A DNA stretch of 64,000 bases, from contig NC_042998.1 of assembly GCF_006345805.1 (NCBI RefSeq), positions 139,128,001 through 139,192,000 on the forward strand. The letters run 5' to 3'. Of the stretch, positions 60,773-64,000 are shown in pieces. The stretch comes from Octopus sinensis. Its lineage: Eukaryota. Below the pieces are notes generated by a model. That model was given only the letters and a program-made list of their open reading frames with translations, did no database searches and was not told the origin of the DNA. Position 1 is the stretch's first letter. Each line of letters starts with the position of its first letter. The position numbers and the translations under genes were made by a program.

Positions 60773-61215
60773 CTTTCTTTCCTACCACTTTTCCTGCTTT
60801 ATATTTTTCTCGTTTTATTTATTTATTTCTGATGAAGGACTAGTCTCTGAAATGTCCAGATACTTTTCCTTCTTTTAAGCATAAAACTAATGTAATGTTT
60901 GTTAAAACTTGTCCCTTTCATGTCATTTTTTTTTGCTCATTATACACACACATACTGCATATGGAATTTTCTTTGCTCATTATTATAAAAAATCCTGTTT
61001 TGAAACTATGTTTTAAAGTGCTTGAGAATTTATGAAATTACCAAAATTTAAAAATGAATTCTTTCACTGCTTTAAAGTTACCCATACAAGGTGCCATTAA
61101 AAGCAAAAATTTTGACACAAGAGATAACACAGAAACATGTGAACTCACTGACTGTTTTTAACTGCAACATTTTATGTCAAAGAATTGCAAGAAAAGGTAG
61201 GTGGGTGAACTTTAA

Positions 61216-61416
61216 CCCTTTAGCATTTTAACTGGGCATGACTGGCCCAAATTTTCGACCTAATTTACATTCAAACCAGATTCTCGACCTATGTCATTCT
61301 AAAAATAAATAATCACATCATTGAAATCCTGAGGCTATGAAATAATGCATGATTAATTCAAAACAATGTGAATAAATAGGCATTACATTTGATAGAGCAA
61401 TCTGAATGTTAAAGAG
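61216..61416. mobile_element. piggyBac-type MITE (same family, opposite orientation)
   Basis: TTAA-CCCTTTAGCATT left end; body is the reverse complement of the 27238 copy. Confidence 0.8.
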
Positions 61417-62181
61417 TTTAATGCATCAGCTGTCCCCAGTTTTATTGCATTTTTTAGTGCATAGTGTGTATATTTGATGTGAAAGAAATGCAGGAAATTT
61501 TTTGCATTTTTTTTTTCTTAATAATATTGAATATTTTGAACATAATGTCCCAAATTTTTTCATATAAATAATATAAGATATTGTGGAAATCTAATAATCT
61601 GAAGTTAAGCAAAAACAAAAAAAAAATGGCTTGAAAATAAAAAATGAGAGGAGAACAAAAAAGAAAATACACAGCAGACTGAAATTTCTAAACAGGGAAA
61701 AAAATTAATGCACAGAACATGAGTGGAGTAACATGCAGAGAAAGACTGGATATATCTGATGCCTTATACATCTTTGGAAATAATTCATTATGAGCAGAGA
61801 ATATTTCAATAATTTTGTTTTAACAAGAATTTCAGAATATAAAAAAAAAAATATCTCAGAACCAAAATGTATGATCACAGATGACTTGTAAAAACTAATT
61901 AAAATCGGTTTAAAAGAATGAATATTGGTAAATAATTATTTTTTATAAAATAGAAAAAAATAGTTAAAATATGAGTATCTGATTGGGAAAAAAAAAATTT
62001 TAAAAACTTGAAAAAAGTAGTATGTTTAATATCTATTTGATATCCATGTCCAAGAAGATATTGGAAGTAACTCTAAAAAAACAAATAAAAATAGAAAAGA
62101 AAAAAAAAAGTAAAAATCCATGCTCTATTTACCTTGGTTTCTGGGTTCAATTAGAGACAAAGTAGTGACAAAAATGCTAAC

Positions 62182-62226
62182 ATGAACTTTGGATGGTAGC
62201 AAATGGCATCTCGAGCTCTCGAGTGC
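62182..62226 (-). CDS. Candidate upstream exon of the FAM13-family gene (HSRARDAICYHPKF)
   Basis: Good TAG acceptor. A GTTAGC donor gives 45 nt, phase 2-2, compatible with the 54358 exon. An alternative GTAAAT donor would end the exon at 62133. No recognised homology. Confidence 0.35.
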
Positions 62227-62555
62227 CTATAAAAATGAAAAAATAACATCAAAGTACTTAGGAATAGATGTGACCAGAGACAACTGGATCAACTTTGAGA
62301 ACGTAACATATCTGTGATGTGACATAATAAAGCATCACAAATATCTGCTAGCTAGAAAAGAGATAAATATATATACATGTGTGTGCATGTAGGGGAGTTT
62401 CTGTGTGTGTATGTGTGTGAGAGTGTGTGTGTATATACACACACACACTCATATATATTCATATGATGAAAGACTCCAAAGATATTGGTGTTGGTCTACA
62501 TCAGATAGATTTGTATTATTTATAAAATCTGTAAAAAAAAATACAATGAACTTGC

Positions 62556-62779
62556 CATGTGGGGGAAGGGGCAGAGATCCGACATTTCAGACAAAGTCCT
62601 TCTTCAAAGAAAAGTTGACAAGAGTTGCAGCCAGTTTTGCTAACTTCAAGAATGTGTCTCATTGAAATCTCTCCTGTCACCACTTCACTGAAGAAGCACT
62701 TTGTCTGAAATGATGGATTTTCCACTTTCCACAGCATGTTCAATGTTCTCTTTATATTGATTTCTATCGATGTGCGTGT
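62556..62779 (-). CDS. Candidate upstream exon with GC donor (TRTSIEINIKRTLNMLWK...SAPSPT)
   Basis: Poly-T + AAG acceptor, 224-nt open frame with higher GC than its flanks, GCAAGT donor in phase 2. No recognised homology. Confidence 0.35.
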
Positions 62780-64000
62780 CTTAAAAAAAAAAAAAGGTAA
62801 TAAAACTTCTAAGATGAAGAAAATGAATTGAGTTGAAAATATGATTAAGAGATGTGTATAACAGATTGAGACTCAATTATATCATATTTAGAACAAGGTC
62901 TTTCCAGCAAGTTTTAGATAACTAAAATATCCAACCAGTTTGGATAATTTTTAATTTAAAAACAAAAAAAAACACCCAAGAAGAAGGGCAAATAGGTTCA
63001 CAAAAACTCCTCCCTCCCAAAAACAGAAAACAAAAAAAAAAGAACAAAGAGTATGTGATCATGGACAAATTGGTTCTAAATTAAATTAAAAATGCTTTTC
63101 CTTGAATACACTTTAAATTTTCTTTTTTCTCTAAAAGAACAAAAAAAAAATTGATAAATAAAGACATTTAACAGGTAAGAAAATTATCAATTATTCCCTG
63201 AGTTATCCAACAAATATCTAACTTCTGAGATAACATATATATTGTTATAAGATATATCTCAGAGTTAAAACTTTTTTTTTAATATTGACAACATCTTGTT
63301 TTAATCAGTTTGTTCTCCCATCATCAAGGTGTCTTTCTTACACCTGCCAGGCTGTGTAGACAATCCCAGATTGCATTTAAACTAGGAACCTTCATTTCTA
63401 AAAGAATGCTTAATAACATTCTTATCCACACAGTATATCAGCTAGAGTATTAAAAATGCTATTAATCTTGGATTAAAAATTAAAGTTCCTAGTTTCAATA
63501 CAGTCTAGGATTGTACATACATCCAAGAATAAGATACTCTGTGATTATAGATCAAAGCAATCAAAAGGTTGATATGAAAATACAAAAACTATGAGTTATT
63601 TAAAAAAATTTTTACTTGTGTCAATTATTAGATTGTAGTCATGTTGGGACACTGTCTTGAAGAGTTTAATTGAATAAAGTGAGTCCAAGACTTTCTCTTT
63701 TTTTTTTTGGTGGGGGGGTACCTCATAAGTCTAGTACTTATGCTTATGCTATCAATCTGTTTTGCAAAACTGTTAAATAATGTGAATGTAAACAAAACCA
63801 ACACTGGTTGCCAAGTAGTGGTGGGGGACCAACCACAAACTGATGTATGTTTGTTGTCTCACCCCCACAGACTTGACAATAGTTATATGATTAAAAAGGT
63901 GACCCACCCCCACCCTATGGTCATGGTTTTGAAGACTGCTACAAGCAATGTGATACTTTCTAGGTAAAGTACATTCCACTGGACTTTATTTCACAGAGAA

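Overview
AT-rich animal genomic DNA, dense in microsatellites and transposons. The repeat families suggest an octopus/cephalopod genome (inferred, not searched). Two spliced host genes converge tail-to-tail. On the + strand are the last three coding exons of a TOM1/TOM1L2-like gene (2574-10534). On the - strand are eleven frame-consistent 3' exons of a FAM13-family gene (54358 down to 31352). The last TOM1 intron holds a young, near full-length, sense-oriented RTE LINE (4233-8678) with a 1015-aa APE endonuclease + RT ORF and a PHD-type finger inside the RT. This element has promoter-like motifs and an in-frame splice acceptor in its 5' leader, a tandemly amplified 3' UTR and a (GAT)n tail. A second, uninterrupted copy of the RTE's target DNA lies at 13348-13705 and suggests the insertion deleted about 16 bp rather than making a TSD. 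Other content: a decayed antisense RTE, a Tigger/pogo relic, mariner and Helitron fragments, piggyBac- and hAT-type MITEs, several SINE families, a 342-bp foldback, and Penelope-type hammerhead-like cores. Nearly all short ORFs in the supplied track are spurious.
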